From IMG/VR virus record IMGVR_UViG_3300027821_000001, positions 1 through 52,666 of that record: a stretch of DNA of 52,666 nucleotides; one strand, 5' to 3'. The notes beneath the pieces are model-generated. The model ran no database searches. It was not told the DNA's origin and saw nothing but the letters and a program-made list of their open reading frames with translations. The position numbers and the translations under genes are program-made. This document shows, one piece after another, positions 42,714 through 52,270 of this stretch. The number at the start of each line of letters is the position of its first letter. Position 1 is the stretch's first letter. The DNA is from a virus. Lineage: Duplodnaviria; Caudoviricetes.

Positions 42714-42863
42714 ATGTACGTGTATGTCGTGCAGCAGAAGCAATATGGCTTCTGGAGTTTTGTCGGCGACGTCTTTATGTTCTTTCTAACGGGCGGTCTC
42801 TGGCTGATCTGGATCTTCGTCCGTGAGATGCGCAAGTCTAGGTCGTCTGTTCCATATTGTTAG
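42714..42863 (+). CDS. Small membrane protein, TGGLWLIWIF paralog B
   Basis: AAGGAGG RBS; YGF..F..D.....TGGLWLIWIF.REMR shared with 41134-41256. Confidence 0.8.
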   Translation: MYVYVVQQKQYGFWSFVGDVFMFFLTGGLWLIWIFVREMRKSRSSVPYC

Positions 42864-42870
42864 GTCGACC

Positions 42871-43038
42871 ATGCGAAGACGAAACTCAAAACTCTATCGC
42901 ATCCCTCTATATTTTCCGCCGGGTCTGACTCGAACTGTGTTTGTTAGAGGTACTACTCGTCGAGAAGCTGAAGCAAATGCGTTGCGGAAGTTCTCTGATG
43001 CAACTCGAGTAGATCGTTCAGCTCACCACCAAAATTGA
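42871..43038 (+). CDS. Small basic hypothetical protein
   Basis: Fills the gap between neighbours; start at MRRRNSK. Confidence 0.5.
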   Translation: MRRRNSKLYRIPLYFPPGLTRTVFVRGTTRREAEANALRKFSDATRVDRSAHHQN

Positions 43039-43048
43039 AAGGCTGAAT

Positions 43049-43858
43049 ATGCTGATCGGATTTTCCAGTCTGGTTCACAAAGCAAAGTTCTTGTTGAATG
43101 AGAATTCCACCACGATCCTAACGGGGGTGGGTGTAACTGGTACAGTCGCAACTGCATATTTGACCGGTCGTGCCACATTCAAAGCTGCAAAGATTCTGCA
43201 GGATGTGGAAGCAGAAAGACGAGTCTTTACGGAAGAAACTCCAGCTAATGGGACTGTATTGGCGATTCCAGAGCCGAAAGCGTTGACGAAGATTCGTTTG
43301 GTTTGGCGGCTATATTTGCCACCGTTTGCTGTAGGTATTACGACGGTTACCAGTATTATCGCAGCTAATAAGATCGCCTCGAAGAAGATTGCTGCTTTGG
43401 CCGTGGCTTCGGGGATTTCCGAACGAGCTCTGCAAGAGTACAAGGCTAAGGTAGTGGAGAAGCTGGGCGAAAAGCAGGAACAAGCTGTTCGTGATGAGAT
43501 CGCTCAGGATCGGGTCGATAAGCAGCCGGTAGGTCGAGAAATAATTATTGCCGGTTCTGGTGAGGTTCTCTGTTATGACATGCTGACTGGGCGATATTTC
43601 ACAAGCACGGTCGAGAATATCAAGCGTGCTGAGAATAAGATCAATCACGATCTGAATAACTTTATGTCAGCTAGCGCAAGTGAGTTCTACGATGAGCTCG
43701 GGCTGCCACCGACGACGTACACGGACAATGTCGGTTGGAATGCGAACGAACACGTCAAAGTGAGGCTCTCGGCAACGTTGTCTTCTGATCAGCGACCATG
43801 CATGGCGATTGATTTCGAGAATCCCCCTTTCCCGGACTATGCACGGCACTATGATTGA
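43049..43858 (+). CDS. Conserved phage protein (DUF6353-like), paralog A
   Basis: IL.G.G..G.V....L..RAT.K N-terminus and EFY..LGL......VGW...DF C-terminus shared with 46053-46979. Confidence 0.8.
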   Translation: MLIGFSSLVHKAKFLLNENSTTILTGVGVTGTVATAYLTGRATFKAAKILQDVEAERRVFTEETPANGTVLAIPEPKALTKIRLVWRLYLPPFAVGITTVTSIIAANKIASKKIAALAVASGISERALQEYKAKVVEKLGEKQEQAVRDEIAQDRVDKQPVGREIIIAGSGEVLCYDMLTGRYFTSTVENIKRAENKINHDLNNFMSASASEFYDELGLPPTTYTDNVGWNANEHVKVRLSATLSSDQRPCMAIDFENPPFPDYARHYD

Positions 43859-43932
43859 AGAGGATGGCCTCGAGGTTGCGATGGAGATCTCGAGCACTGT
43901 ACTGTGATTGCAGGTTTGGAAGGGATGCGGTA

Positions 43933-44133
43933 GTGAGCGAACCAACGCTCGAACAACTTGAGAATACTGCATTGGCACTAGGTCTTCCGATCTTGAGTGA
44001 AGGCTTGCGTCCACCATATTACGAAGAATCCTTGCGGAATCTTCATGCCATTGCTCAAAAAGCTCTAGATGGTGATGAAGAAGCTGCAAAAAAGCTCGTT
44101 ATGCTTCAAGGAATGTTCGGAAGAAAGGAATAA
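43933..44133 (+). CDS. Hypothetical protein
   Basis: GTG start after AGGGA; true start uncertain. Confidence 0.55.
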   Translation: MSEPTLEQLENTALALGLPILSEGLRPPYYEESLRNLHAIAQKALDGDEEAAKKLVMLQGMFGRKE

Positions 44134-44140
44134 ATAAGGC

Positions 44141-44752
44141 GTGCTCAAAAAGACGATTACTTACGAGGATTTCAACGGCGAGACAGTTAGTGAAGATTTT
44201 TTCTTCCATCTGTCCAAAGCTGAGCTAGTTGAACTCGAGTTGAGTCATGAAGGCGGTCTGTCTGCAGCGTTAGAGCGAATTATTGCAGCTGAAGATGGTA
44301 AGAGCATTATTGCCGAATTTAAGAACATTATTTTGAGCTCGTATGGTGTACGTTCAGAAGATGGTCGACGTTTCGTCAAGAATCAAACGCTACGAGATGA
44401 ATTTGAATCAACCGAGGCTTATTCTACTTTGTTCATGGAATTGGTCACGGATACCGATGCTGCGGTTGTGTTTGTTAACAATGTCATTCCAGCAGGAATG
44501 GCTGAGGAAGCCGCTAAGCTAGCACAAATTACACAAACTGAGCAAACTGAACAAACCGAACCTAAGCCAGAGCTCGAAGCGGTTCCAGCTCCTGAGGTTC
44601 CAGCTCCTGAAGTTCCGGTTCCTACTCCGGAACCGACTGTTTTAGGTAGAGCCGATATAGCAAGAATGTCGAGAGAAGAACTTGCAACGCTTGGCGATCG
44701 TATCCAAGCTGGAGAAGTGGTTTTGGCACCAGACGTTGAGAGTCAAACTTAA
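44141..44752 (+). CDS. Hypothetical phage protein
   Basis: MLKKTITYEDFNG....EDF.F.LSKAEL...YG.RSEDGRRF.K. Confidence 0.8.
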   Translation: MLKKTITYEDFNGETVSEDFFFHLSKAELVELELSHEGGLSAALERIIAAEDGKSIIAEFKNIILSSYGVRSEDGRRFVKNQTLRDEFESTEAYSTLFMELVTDTDAAVVFVNNVIPAGMAEEAAKLAQITQTEQTEQTEPKPELEAVPAPEVPAPEVPVPTPEPTVLGRADIARMSREELATLGDRIQAGEVVLAPDVESQT

Positions 44753-44766
44753 ATACCGGGGTATTT

Positions 44767-44791
44767 TCGCAGAGTAAACACGTACTATAAT
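44767..44791 (+). promoter_or_regulatory. Phage promoter P9
   Basis: TCGC AGAGTAAACACGTAC TATAAT. Confidence 0.82.
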
Positions 44792-44817
44792 GAAACCCCA
44801 CTACTTTAGGAGTATTC

Positions 44818-45081
44818 ATGTCGAACAACGCATTTGCGATTGTCAAGCTGTCTACTCAGTTGGTGGCTGGTTTGGGTGTGACGAAGATTGTCTCTGACAT
44901 CATTCAGAACAACACCAATGTCGAGACCACTGCGCAAGCAGTTAAGGTCTGGGTCGGAGGTGCTGCGCTGGCTGGTGTCATGGTCAAACAGTCTTCTGAT
45001 TACATCGAAGACCAGGCCACTCAGCTGAGAGATTGGCTCGCCAGTCGGAAAGCTGAGACGGCTGAAGAAGCCGCTAAGTAG
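44818..45081 (+). CDS. Hypothetical protein (P9 cassette)
   Basis: AGGAG RBS; between P9 and a terminator. Confidence 0.78.
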   Translation: MSNNAFAIVKLSTQLVAGLGVTKIVSDIIQNNTNVETTAQAVKVWVGGAALAGVMVKQSSDYIEDQATQLRDWLASRKAETAEEAAK

Positions 45082-45084
45082 TAC

Positions 45085-45126
45085 AAAGGGAAGAGTCCAA
45101 AACTTGGACTTTTCCTTTTTCTTTTT
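45085..45126 (+). terminator. Intrinsic terminator
   Basis: GGAAGAGTCCAA/TTGGACTTTTCC stem plus T-run. Confidence 0.85.
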
Positions 45127-45143
45127 CCAATTTAAGGACTTAC

Positions 45144-45788
45144 ATGGAGAGCTCGGAATTTCCGCCCAACAGTGATGCAAGTAAAAGAAGTGAGCCCGAT
45201 AAGCATATCGAACGTGTCACTTCGGGCGAAACTGTTCGACGAAAGAAATCTCTTCGTAAGAAATTCTCGGAAACGTTTATTGCCGGTGATGCTAAGACAG
45301 CATTTCGATATGCGGTGATGGATGTCGTACTTCCGATGGCAAGAGATATGGTTCTCGATGCCATTCAGGGTGGTTTGGAGAAACTGATTTATGGAGAATC
45401 TCGTCGTTATCGAGGATCACAGCCTCCATCGTCAGGTCCACTGGGTTACGTTAATTACAGTCGTTATTCGGGACCAATGGGAGCCAGTAGATCATCTTCG
45501 TATATGCCCGCACCGCAAAGAGTGATCAGTCGTCAAGCACGTGCTCGACACGATTTCGATGAAATTCTCTTGGATTCAAGAACTGAAGCCGAAGAAGTAA
45601 TCGACCGACTATTTGACCTGGTGAGTCGCTATGAATCAGCAACAGTTGCAGATCTTTACGAATTGGTCGGACTTGCCTCTAATCATACCGATCATAAGTG
45701 GGGTTGGACGGATATTCGCGGGGCCGGAGTTTCTAGAACTCGTGACGGTTACCTCTTGGATCTTCCAGAACCGCAACCAATTGGCTGA
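45144..45788 (+). CDS. Hypothetical phage protein
   Basis: AAGGA RBS; ATVADLY.LVG......D.KWGW C-terminal motif. Confidence 0.8.
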   Translation: MESSEFPPNSDASKRSEPDKHIERVTSGETVRRKKSLRKKFSETFIAGDAKTAFRYAVMDVVLPMARDMVLDAIQGGLEKLIYGESRRYRGSQPPSSGPLGYVNYSRYSGPMGASRSSSYMPAPQRVISRQARARHDFDEILLDSRTEAEEVIDRLFDLVSRYESATVADLYELVGLASNHTDHKWGWTDIRGAGVSRTRDGYLLDLPEPQPIG

Positions 45789-45796
45789 GGTGGTGC

Positions 45797-46042
45797 GTGA
45801 ACGAAAACAGTATCCGCAGCTTCCTGAAAGAACGGTATCCGCATAGTACTACTTGGGCAAGAAGAGTAGATCGAATGTCTTATGAACAAGTAGTAGCAAT
45901 TTATCTGAGAATGCAAGGCGAAGAAGAACCAGTCAGAGTAGTTAAACGACCCGATGGTTCCTTGGGAGCTTCACGACCATATACTGGCGAAACGCCATAT
46001 TTCAAGGAAGAAGTATCACCCAAGCAATTGACGCTATTTTAA
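45797..46042 (+). CDS. Hypothetical protein
   Basis: GAGG RBS; YP....W..RVD.M...QV.AIY.R. Confidence 0.7.
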   Translation: MNENSIRSFLKERYPHSTTWARRVDRMSYEQVVAIYLRMQGEEEPVRVVKRPDGSLGASRPYTGETPYFKEEVSPKQLTLF

Positions 46043-46052
46043 GGAGTTAAAG

Positions 46053-46979
46053 ATGAAGTTCGTTCCGGCAGCGATCGGCAGAATGGTCGGCCGTAACGCT
46101 TTGCTCGTTCAAAAAGCTTCTCCAGAAGTTCTACTTGGAGCGGGCATTGTCGGTATGGTGGGAAGTACGGTTCTAGCTTGTCGAGCAACTTTGAAGATGG
46201 ATGCGGTTTTGGATCAAGCACAGGCCAAGCTTAGTATTGCCAAAACGCTTCAGCACGACGACTATAGCGAAGTAGATCGTCGCAAAGACGTTACGCTTAT
46301 TCGTGCTCAAACTGGTATAAGAGTCGTCAAGCTATATGCTCCGGCGGTTATTTTGGGTGGAGTTTCGATTGCTGCCTTGACGCGCTCTCACAACATTCTG
46401 TCTCAACGTAACGCGGCTTTGACTGCAGCTTATGTTGCGCTCGAAAAAGGATTTAACCAGTATCGAGCTCGAGTAATCGAAAAGTACGGTGAGGAAGAAG
46501 ATCGCAATTTCCGTTACGGCACTCGAGAAGTGGAAATTGTAGATCCAGAGACAAATGAAACGAAGACGGTTACACGAGTCTCGCTTGATGATCCGTCGAT
46601 TTATGCTCGTTTCTTTGATCCTACTTCAACCAACTGGAGCAAAGAGCCCGAGTATAATTTGATCTTTCTCAAGTGTCAACAGAGTTATGCCAACGATCTA
46701 CTTCATTCTCGTGGTCATGTCTTTTTGAATGAGGTGTATGACATGATCGGAGTTCCTCGCTCAAAAGCTGGATCGGTGGTGGGTTGGCTTCTAACCCGAG
46801 ATGGTAGCACCGACAATTATGTTGACTTCGGTATCTTTGACGACGATTCAGATCGAGTTCGTGATTTTGTTAATGGCCATGAAGGAACGATTCTACTTGA
46901 CTTCAATGTTGATGGTGTGATCTACGATAAGATCGAATCTAAACATACGGAGGCACTTTCGTGGCAGCGGAGCAATTAA
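46053..46979 (+). CDS. Conserved phage protein (DUF6353-like), paralog B
   Basis: See 43049-43858; FLNEVY..IG.......VGW...LDFNVDG. Confidence 0.8.
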   Translation: MKFVPAAIGRMVGRNALLVQKASPEVLLGAGIVGMVGSTVLACRATLKMDAVLDQAQAKLSIAKTLQHDDYSEVDRRKDVTLIRAQTGIRVVKLYAPAVILGGVSIAALTRSHNILSQRNAALTAAYVALEKGFNQYRARVIEKYGEEEDRNFRYGTREVEIVDPETNETKTVTRVSLDDPSIYARFFDPTSTNWSKEPEYNLIFLKCQQSYANDLLHSRGHVFLNEVYDMIGVPRSKAGSVVGWLLTRDGSTDNYVDFGIFDDDSDRVRDFVNGHEGTILLDFNVDGVIYDKIESKHTEALSWQRSN

Positions 46980-47764
46980 CTGAACAGGTTCTAGAAGAGG
47001 TGGCGGAAGGTCTTGAAGGTGCTGCATCTCATTTTGAAGAAGCCGCCACAATTACTCGCAGAATAGATGCAAGAGGGGTGGGATTTATCCTTGGTGGTCT
47101 TGGCGCTGGACTTGCTATTGGTTTTTACATTGGTTATCGTATTAATCGAGAGAAGATTAGAGCAGAAGCATTCGCAACGAGCGAAGCTGAAGTAGAGAAG
47201 ATCAGAGAACTGTATCGAGAACAGGCAGACTCCGTTCGGATTGCTAAGGAAAAGCCTACTCTCGAAGAGGTAGTTGAAGAACGGGGATATCACGTAGAGG
47301 AAATAGACGTTCGACCTACACGACCGCCAGTTCCAGTTCGTGAACCATCGGAGCATCATTTCTCTCAACATCATCTGGCTAAACGAACTGCAGATGGTGA
47401 GAAGGATAAGAACGAAGGTTGGAATTATCCAGAGGAATTGGCCCAACGATCTCGAGAGCAGCCGTATATTATTCATCAGGACGAGTTCTTCATGAACGAA
47501 GATGAGTACGAAAAAGCAACACTCACCTATTACGCAGGTGACAACGTTCTTACTGATGAAGATGAGTTGCCGGTTGATGCTCCAGATGCAATGGTCGGTT
47601 TGGAAAATCTGACCCGATTTGGACACGGAACCGACGATCTTAACGTCTTGTTTGTTCGAAATGACGTCGTCGAAATGATGTATGAAATTTGTCGTACAGA
47701 GCTAACTTTTATTCCTGCAACAGAACAAGAGCATCTAGGACATGAAAATGGCGAGCCAGATTGA
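46961..47764 (+). CDS. Membrane-anchored acidic protein
   Basis: GGAGG RBS; one TM segment; PYII...F...LTYY.GD.VL.DE. Confidence 0.75.
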   Translation: MAAEQLTEQVLEEVAEGLEGAASHFEEAATITRRIDARGVGFILGGLGAGLAIGFYIGYRINREKIRAEAFATSEAEVEKIRELYREQADSVRIAKEKPTLEEVVEERGYHVEEIDVRPTRPPVPVREPSEHHFSQHHLAKRTADGEKDKNEGWNYPEELAQRSREQPYIIHQDEFFMNEDEYEKATLTYYAGDNVLTDEDELPVDAPDAMVGLENLTRFGHGTDDLNVLFVRNDVVEMMYEICRTELTFIPATEQEHLGHENGEPD

Positions 47765-48251
47765 GCGTGACTACTTCGAATGGCTAGTGTCACAAATTGA
47801 GATTCGGAGTAGAAATACGTACAACGACTTGTTCCAACGAATGCATGACACCGAGTTTGTCTGGACTATTCCGCACGATGACGATCGTCTAAACGATGGT
47901 CGAGATTTGCGGGTTGAGTTCTTGAATGGAACTCGTCATAAGTTCGAGTTTGGCGTTTCGATTCTCGAGGTGTTGATTGCTCTTAGTCGCAGAACTGCAT
48001 TCAATGCCGGTGGTGAAGCCAGACAATGGGCTTGGCATCTGATTGAAAATCTTCGTTTGAACAAAGCATCCGATCCATTTACAAACGGGAAAGCAAACAG
48101 GGTAGACGATATTCTGGAAGCTTTGATTTGGCGAACGTATGCGCCAGATGGAAGTGGGGGGTTCTTCCCTCTCAAATACCCCCAGGCCAATCAGACCAAG
48201 ATCGATATTTGGTTCCAGATGCAGGCCTACGTCAACGAGATTCACGATTAA
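47742..48251 (+). CDS. Hypothetical phage protein
   Basis: YFEWL...F.W....DD.R..DG..LR...S.LEVLIAL..R...G.GGFFPL. Confidence 0.78.
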   Translation: MKMASQIERDYFEWLVSQIEIRSRNTYNDLFQRMHDTEFVWTIPHDDDRLNDGRDLRVEFLNGTRHKFEFGVSILEVLIALSRRTAFNAGGEARQWAWHLIENLRLNKASDPFTNGKANRVDDILEALIWRTYAPDGSGGFFPLKYPQANQTKIDIWFQMQAYVNEIHD

Positions 48252-48281
48252 AAAATCCCAACCCTTGAGAAGGGGGGTTTG

Positions 48282-51200
48282 ATGGATTTTTATCAGATCC
48301 TCTCTAGAGAAACCAAGGATAAGGGTATGGAATTGTACCCGGACTTTATCGTCGGACGTTCTCAGGATCTGATGGTTCAAGGACGGACCTTTTATGCTAT
48401 TTGGGATGAAGAAAAAGGTCTTTGGTCTCGTGACGAGTATGATGTTCAGCGGTTGGTAGATGAAGATCTAGAAACCGAAGCTGATAGGTTGCGACAAAAG
48501 ACAGGAATAAACTACATAGTCAAATACATGCGCTCGTTTCAAAGTAACAGCTGGGCGCTATTTAGAAAATTCCTGGCGAATATCAGTGATAACAGCCGAC
48601 CTCTAGATGCTAAAGTTCTGTTTTCGAATTCGGAGGTAAAGAAAACAGACTACGCAAGTAGAACGCTGAGCTACGCCTTGGGAGAAGGTGATATTTCGGC
48701 GTGGGAGGAGCTCGTTGGAACGTTATACTCTGTAGAAGAACGAGCCAAAATCGAATGGGCTATCGGATCCATTGTGGCTGGCGATTCAAAGAAGATTCAA
48801 AAATTCTTTGTGTTCTATGGCCCAGCTGGATCCGGTAAGTCCACGATTTTAAATGTGTTGCATAAATTGTTTGAAGGCTATACTACTACTTTTGACGGCA
48901 AAGCGTTAGGGCGTGCCGACAGTTCATTCTCTACAGAAGCCTTCAAGCATAATCCCCTAGTGGCTATTCAACATGATGGTGATCTGTCCAAACTTGAGGA
49001 TAATACTCGGTTAAATTCAATCGTTTCTCACGAACAGATGATGATGAACGAGAAATACAAGCCGAGTTATACTGCACGAGCCGATGCATTGCTATTTATC
49101 GGTACAAACCAGCCTGTGAAAATCACGGATGCCAAATCGGGAATCATTCGTCGCTTGGTTGATATTCATCCGACAGGCGTAAAAATTCCGGTTAGGCATT
49201 ACAACACTTTGTTGAGTCAGATTGAGTTTGAATTAGGAGCGATCGCTTCTCATTGTCAGTTGGCATATTTAGCAATGGGTAAAAATTACTACAACAGTTA
49301 TCGCCCATTGGAAATGATGTTACAAACCGATGTCTTCTTCAACTTCATCGAATCATATTACGACGTCTTCAAGTCACAAAATTACACGACTTTGAAGCAG
49401 GCATACGGTTTGTACAAGGAATTCTGTTTGGAAAGTGGGATTGACCGTCCCTTGCCGCAATACAAAATCCGCGAAGAGCTTCGTGATTACTTTGACGATT
49501 TCAAAGATCGAGGCGAAGTGGATGGCGAAATGGTCCGCAGCTTATACCGCGGTTTCAATGCGGAGAAGTTCAAAGCGCCAATCGAAAGTGATGATGATTT
49601 GCCCGCGTTTTCATTGGTGATGGATGAGACAGAGTCACTCTTTGACGCCGAGTTTTCCGGACAACCGGCTCAGTTGGCGAACAAGGAGGAAGTCCCTTCT
49701 CAAAAATGGGTAAATGTCAAAACTAGACTTTCAGATATTGATACATCGAAATTACACTATGTCAGAGTACCCGAAAAACTGATCGTCATTGACTTCGATC
49801 TGAAGGCGACAGATGGACATAACCAACTTGAGCGTAATCTCGAAGCGGCTAGCCAATGGCCAGCAACTTATGCAGAGCTCAGCAAGTCGGGCACGGGTGT
49901 ACACCTTCATTACGAATATGGCGGAGATCCAACGGAGTTGGCCCTTGTATATTCCGAGGGAATTGAGGTTAAAGTGTTTACAGGAGATGCGTCATTACGA
50001 CGACGATTATCTCGCTGTAACGCAGTTCCAATCGCCTCGATAGATAGTGGACTTCCGCTTAAGCAGAAGAAGGAGAAGATGCTTAAGGCTAAGACTATTA
50101 CTAGTGAAAAAGGTCTTAGACAGCTAATCGAGCGAAATCTTCGGAAAGAAATTCATCCTGGAACTAAGCCTTCGGTTGATTTCATAGCCCATATTCTCGA
50201 GGAGGCCTATGAATCTGATTTGAAATACGATGTTACGGATCTACGGCCACGTATTTTAGCGTTTGCCAATAATAGTACTCATCAAGCCTCGACCTGCTTG
50301 AAGACTGTGCAAACGATGAAATTTCAATCCGAGCCAGAGTTAGGTCCGGACTCAACTGTACCAACGGATGATGAACGGATGGCTATATTTGACGTTGAGG
50401 TGTATCCAAATCTATTCGTTATCTGTTGGAAGTTTCGTGGCAGCGATACAGTCGTTAGGATGATCAATCCCACTCAGGCAGAAGTTGAGAACTTGACTAA
50501 ACTAAAACTGGTGGGTTTCTACAATCGTCGCTTCGATAATCATATTCTCTATGCGGCCGTGTTGGGTTATAGTATTAAGCAACTATATGACTTAGCTCAC
50601 AAGATAGTTGTCGATAACAACCGTAATGTGATGTTTGCTCAGGCATATAATCTCTCCTATGCTGACGTATGGGATTTCAGTTCAATTAAACAAAGCTTGA
50701 AGAAATTTGAGATTGATCTAGGTATTCATCATATGGAATTGGACTTGCCCTTGGATCAGCCGGTAGCTGAAGAGGATTGGCCCCGAGTGGTTGAATATTG
50801 TGTCAACGATGTTCGAGCAACTGAATCCGTGCTAGAAGATCGTTGGGAGGATTTCGTCGCTCGGCAAATCCTAGCTGAGCTCAGTGGTTTAACGGTTAAT
50901 GATACTACGCAAAGACATACAGCGAAGATCATATTTGGAGATGATAAAAATCCTCAACAATATTTTGTCTATACCGATCTTAGTGAACAATTTGCCGGTT
51001 ATACTTTCGATGCTGGAAAGAGTTGGTATCGTGGAGAAGACCCAGGGGAAGGTGGTTATGTCTACGCCGAACCTGGAATTTATGCTGACGTTGCTTTGCT
51101 TGACATCGCTTCGATGCATCCCACCACGATCGAAATTCTCAATCTTTTTGGTAAGTATACCGCAAAATTCAGTGAACTCAAATCAGCTCGATTGGCCATT

Positions 51201-52040
51201 AAACGAAGGGACTTCGGCACTGCTAGAAAAATGATAGATGGTCGTTTAGCCCCCTATCTCGAAAATGAAGATGGAGCAGACAAGCTGGCATTTGCCTTGA
51301 AAATTGTGATCAATAGTGTCTATGGATTAACCTCAGCTTCATTTCCTAATCCATTCAAAGACTATCGCAATAAAGATAATATTGTTGCCAAGCGTGGTGC
51401 TCTCTATATGATTGATTTGAAAAACGACCTCAAAGATGCTTTCTATTCCGTTGTCCATATTAAGACGGACTCAGTCAAGCTTCCCTATGCTCATTCCGCA
51501 GATACACATGTGATTGATTTCGTCAAAGAACATGGAGCTCGTTATGGCTACGAGTTTGAACACGAGATAACCTATGAAAAGATATGCCTTGTCAACGACG
51601 CAGTCTATATTGCTTATAAGGATGGTCAATGGACTGCTGTTGGTTCTCAGTTTCAACATCCATATATTTTTAAAACTCTGTTCTCTGGAGAAGCGCTTAC
51701 TTTTGACGACTTCTGCGAAAGTAAGAACGTGGTTCAGGGAACTATGTACCTAGATAGAGAGGAACACGACAAAGATGAAGAACTTTCTATTGAGAACATG
51801 CGTCACGTTGGCCGCTCTGGGCGGTTTGTACCTGTTCAAGAAGGAGGTGGCACCCTCTATCGCGTCAAAGATGAAAAGTATTACGCGGTAACAGGTACTA
51901 AAGGTCATCGCTGGATTGAGGCCGAAATTGCTCAATCGATGCCAGATCTGAAAATCGACGTGTCATATTTCGAGAAGCTCAAAGATGACGCAATAAAAAC
52001 AATCGAAAAGTTCGGTTCCTTCCAGGAGTTTGTCTCATGA
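48282..52040 (+). CDS. Fused SF3 helicase / AEP primase / 3'-5' exonuclease / family B DNA polymerase
   Basis: GPAGSGKST Walker A; VIDFD and SKSG.GVHLH primase motifs; FDVEVY exonuclease; LDIASMHPT, KIVINSVYG and KTDS PolB motifs. Confidence 0.9.
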   Translation: MDFYQILSRETKDKGMELYPDFIVGRSQDLMVQGRTFYAIWDEEKGLWSRDEYDVQRLVDEDLETEADRLRQKTGINYIVKYMRSFQSNSWALFRKFLANISDNSRPLDAKVLFSNSEVKKTDYASRTLSYALGEGDISAWEELVGTLYSVEERAKIEWAIGSIVAGDSKKIQKFFVFYGPAGSGKSTILNVLHKLFEGYTTTFDGKALGRADSSFSTEAFKHNPLVAIQHDGDLSKLEDNTRLNSIVSHEQMMMNEKYKPSYTARADALLFIGTNQPVKITDAKSGIIRRLVDIHPTGVKIPVRHYNTLLSQIEFELGAIASHCQLAYLAMGKNYYNSYRPLEMMLQTDVFFNFIESYYDVFKSQNYTTLKQAYGLYKEFCLESGIDRPLPQYKIREELRDYFDDFKDRGEVDGEMVRSLYRGFNAEKFKAPIESDDDLPAFSLVMDETESLFDAEFSGQPAQLANKEEVPSQKWVNVKTRLSDIDTSKLHYVRVPEKLIVIDFDLKATDGHNQLERNLEAASQWPATYAELSKSGTGVHLHYEYGGDPTELALVYSEGIEVKVFTGDASLRRRLSRCNAVPIASIDSGLPLKQKKEKMLKAKTITSEKGLRQLIERNLRKEIHPGTKPSVDFIAHILEEAYESDLKYDVTDLRPRILAFANNSTHQASTCLKTVQTMKFQSEPELGPDSTVPTDDERMAIFDVEVYPNLFVICWKFRGSDTVVRMINPTQAEVENLTKLKLVGFYNRRFDNHILYAAVLGYSIKQLYDLAHKIVVDNNRNVMFAQAYNLSYADVWDFSSIKQSLKKFEIDLGIHHMELDLPLDQPVAEEDWPRVVEYCVNDVRATESVLEDRWEDFVARQILAELSGLTVNDTTQRHTAKIIFGDDKNPQQYFVYTDLSEQFAGYTFDAGKSWYRGEDPGEGGYVYAEPGIYADVALLDIASMHPTTIEILNLFGKYTAKFSELKSARLAIKRRDFGTARKMIDGRLAPYLENEDGADKLAFALKIVINSVYGLTSASFPNPFKDYRNKDNIVAKRGALYMIDLKNDLKDAFYSVVHIKTDSVKLPYAHSADTHVIDFVKEHGARYGYEFEHEITYEKICLVNDAVYIAYKDGQWTAVGSQFQHPYIFKTLFSGEALTFDDFCESKNVVQGTMYLDREEHDKDEELSIENMRHVGRSGRFVPVQEGGGTLYRVKDEKYYAVTGTKGHRWIEAEIAQSMPDLKIDVSYFEKLKDDAIKTIEKFGSFQEFVS

Positions 52041-52267
52041 TGCAATTATTCTTAGTTGGTGGAACACACGAAGAGCGTTATTTGATCGCTCATCAACGTG
52101 GTATTGATCCTCAGACAATTCATCTAATTATTCACCCAGAAGATTTATACGGTTTTCGTGGAGGTGAATTACTTATTGGTGAAACCGGTTCCTATGATTT
52201 TCTCTATGACTCACTGCAAATTGCGCGTAGACAAAATATCAAAGTGCCCGCGTTTTGTGAGGAGTGA
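52037..52267 (+). CDS. Hypothetical protein
   Basis: ATGA coupling to the polymerase stop; AGGAG RBS. Confidence 0.6.
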   Translation: MMQLFLVGGTHEERYLIAHQRGIDPQTIHLIIHPEDLYGFRGGELLIGETGSYDFLYDSLQIARRQNIKVPAFCEE

Positions 52268-52270
52268 TTG

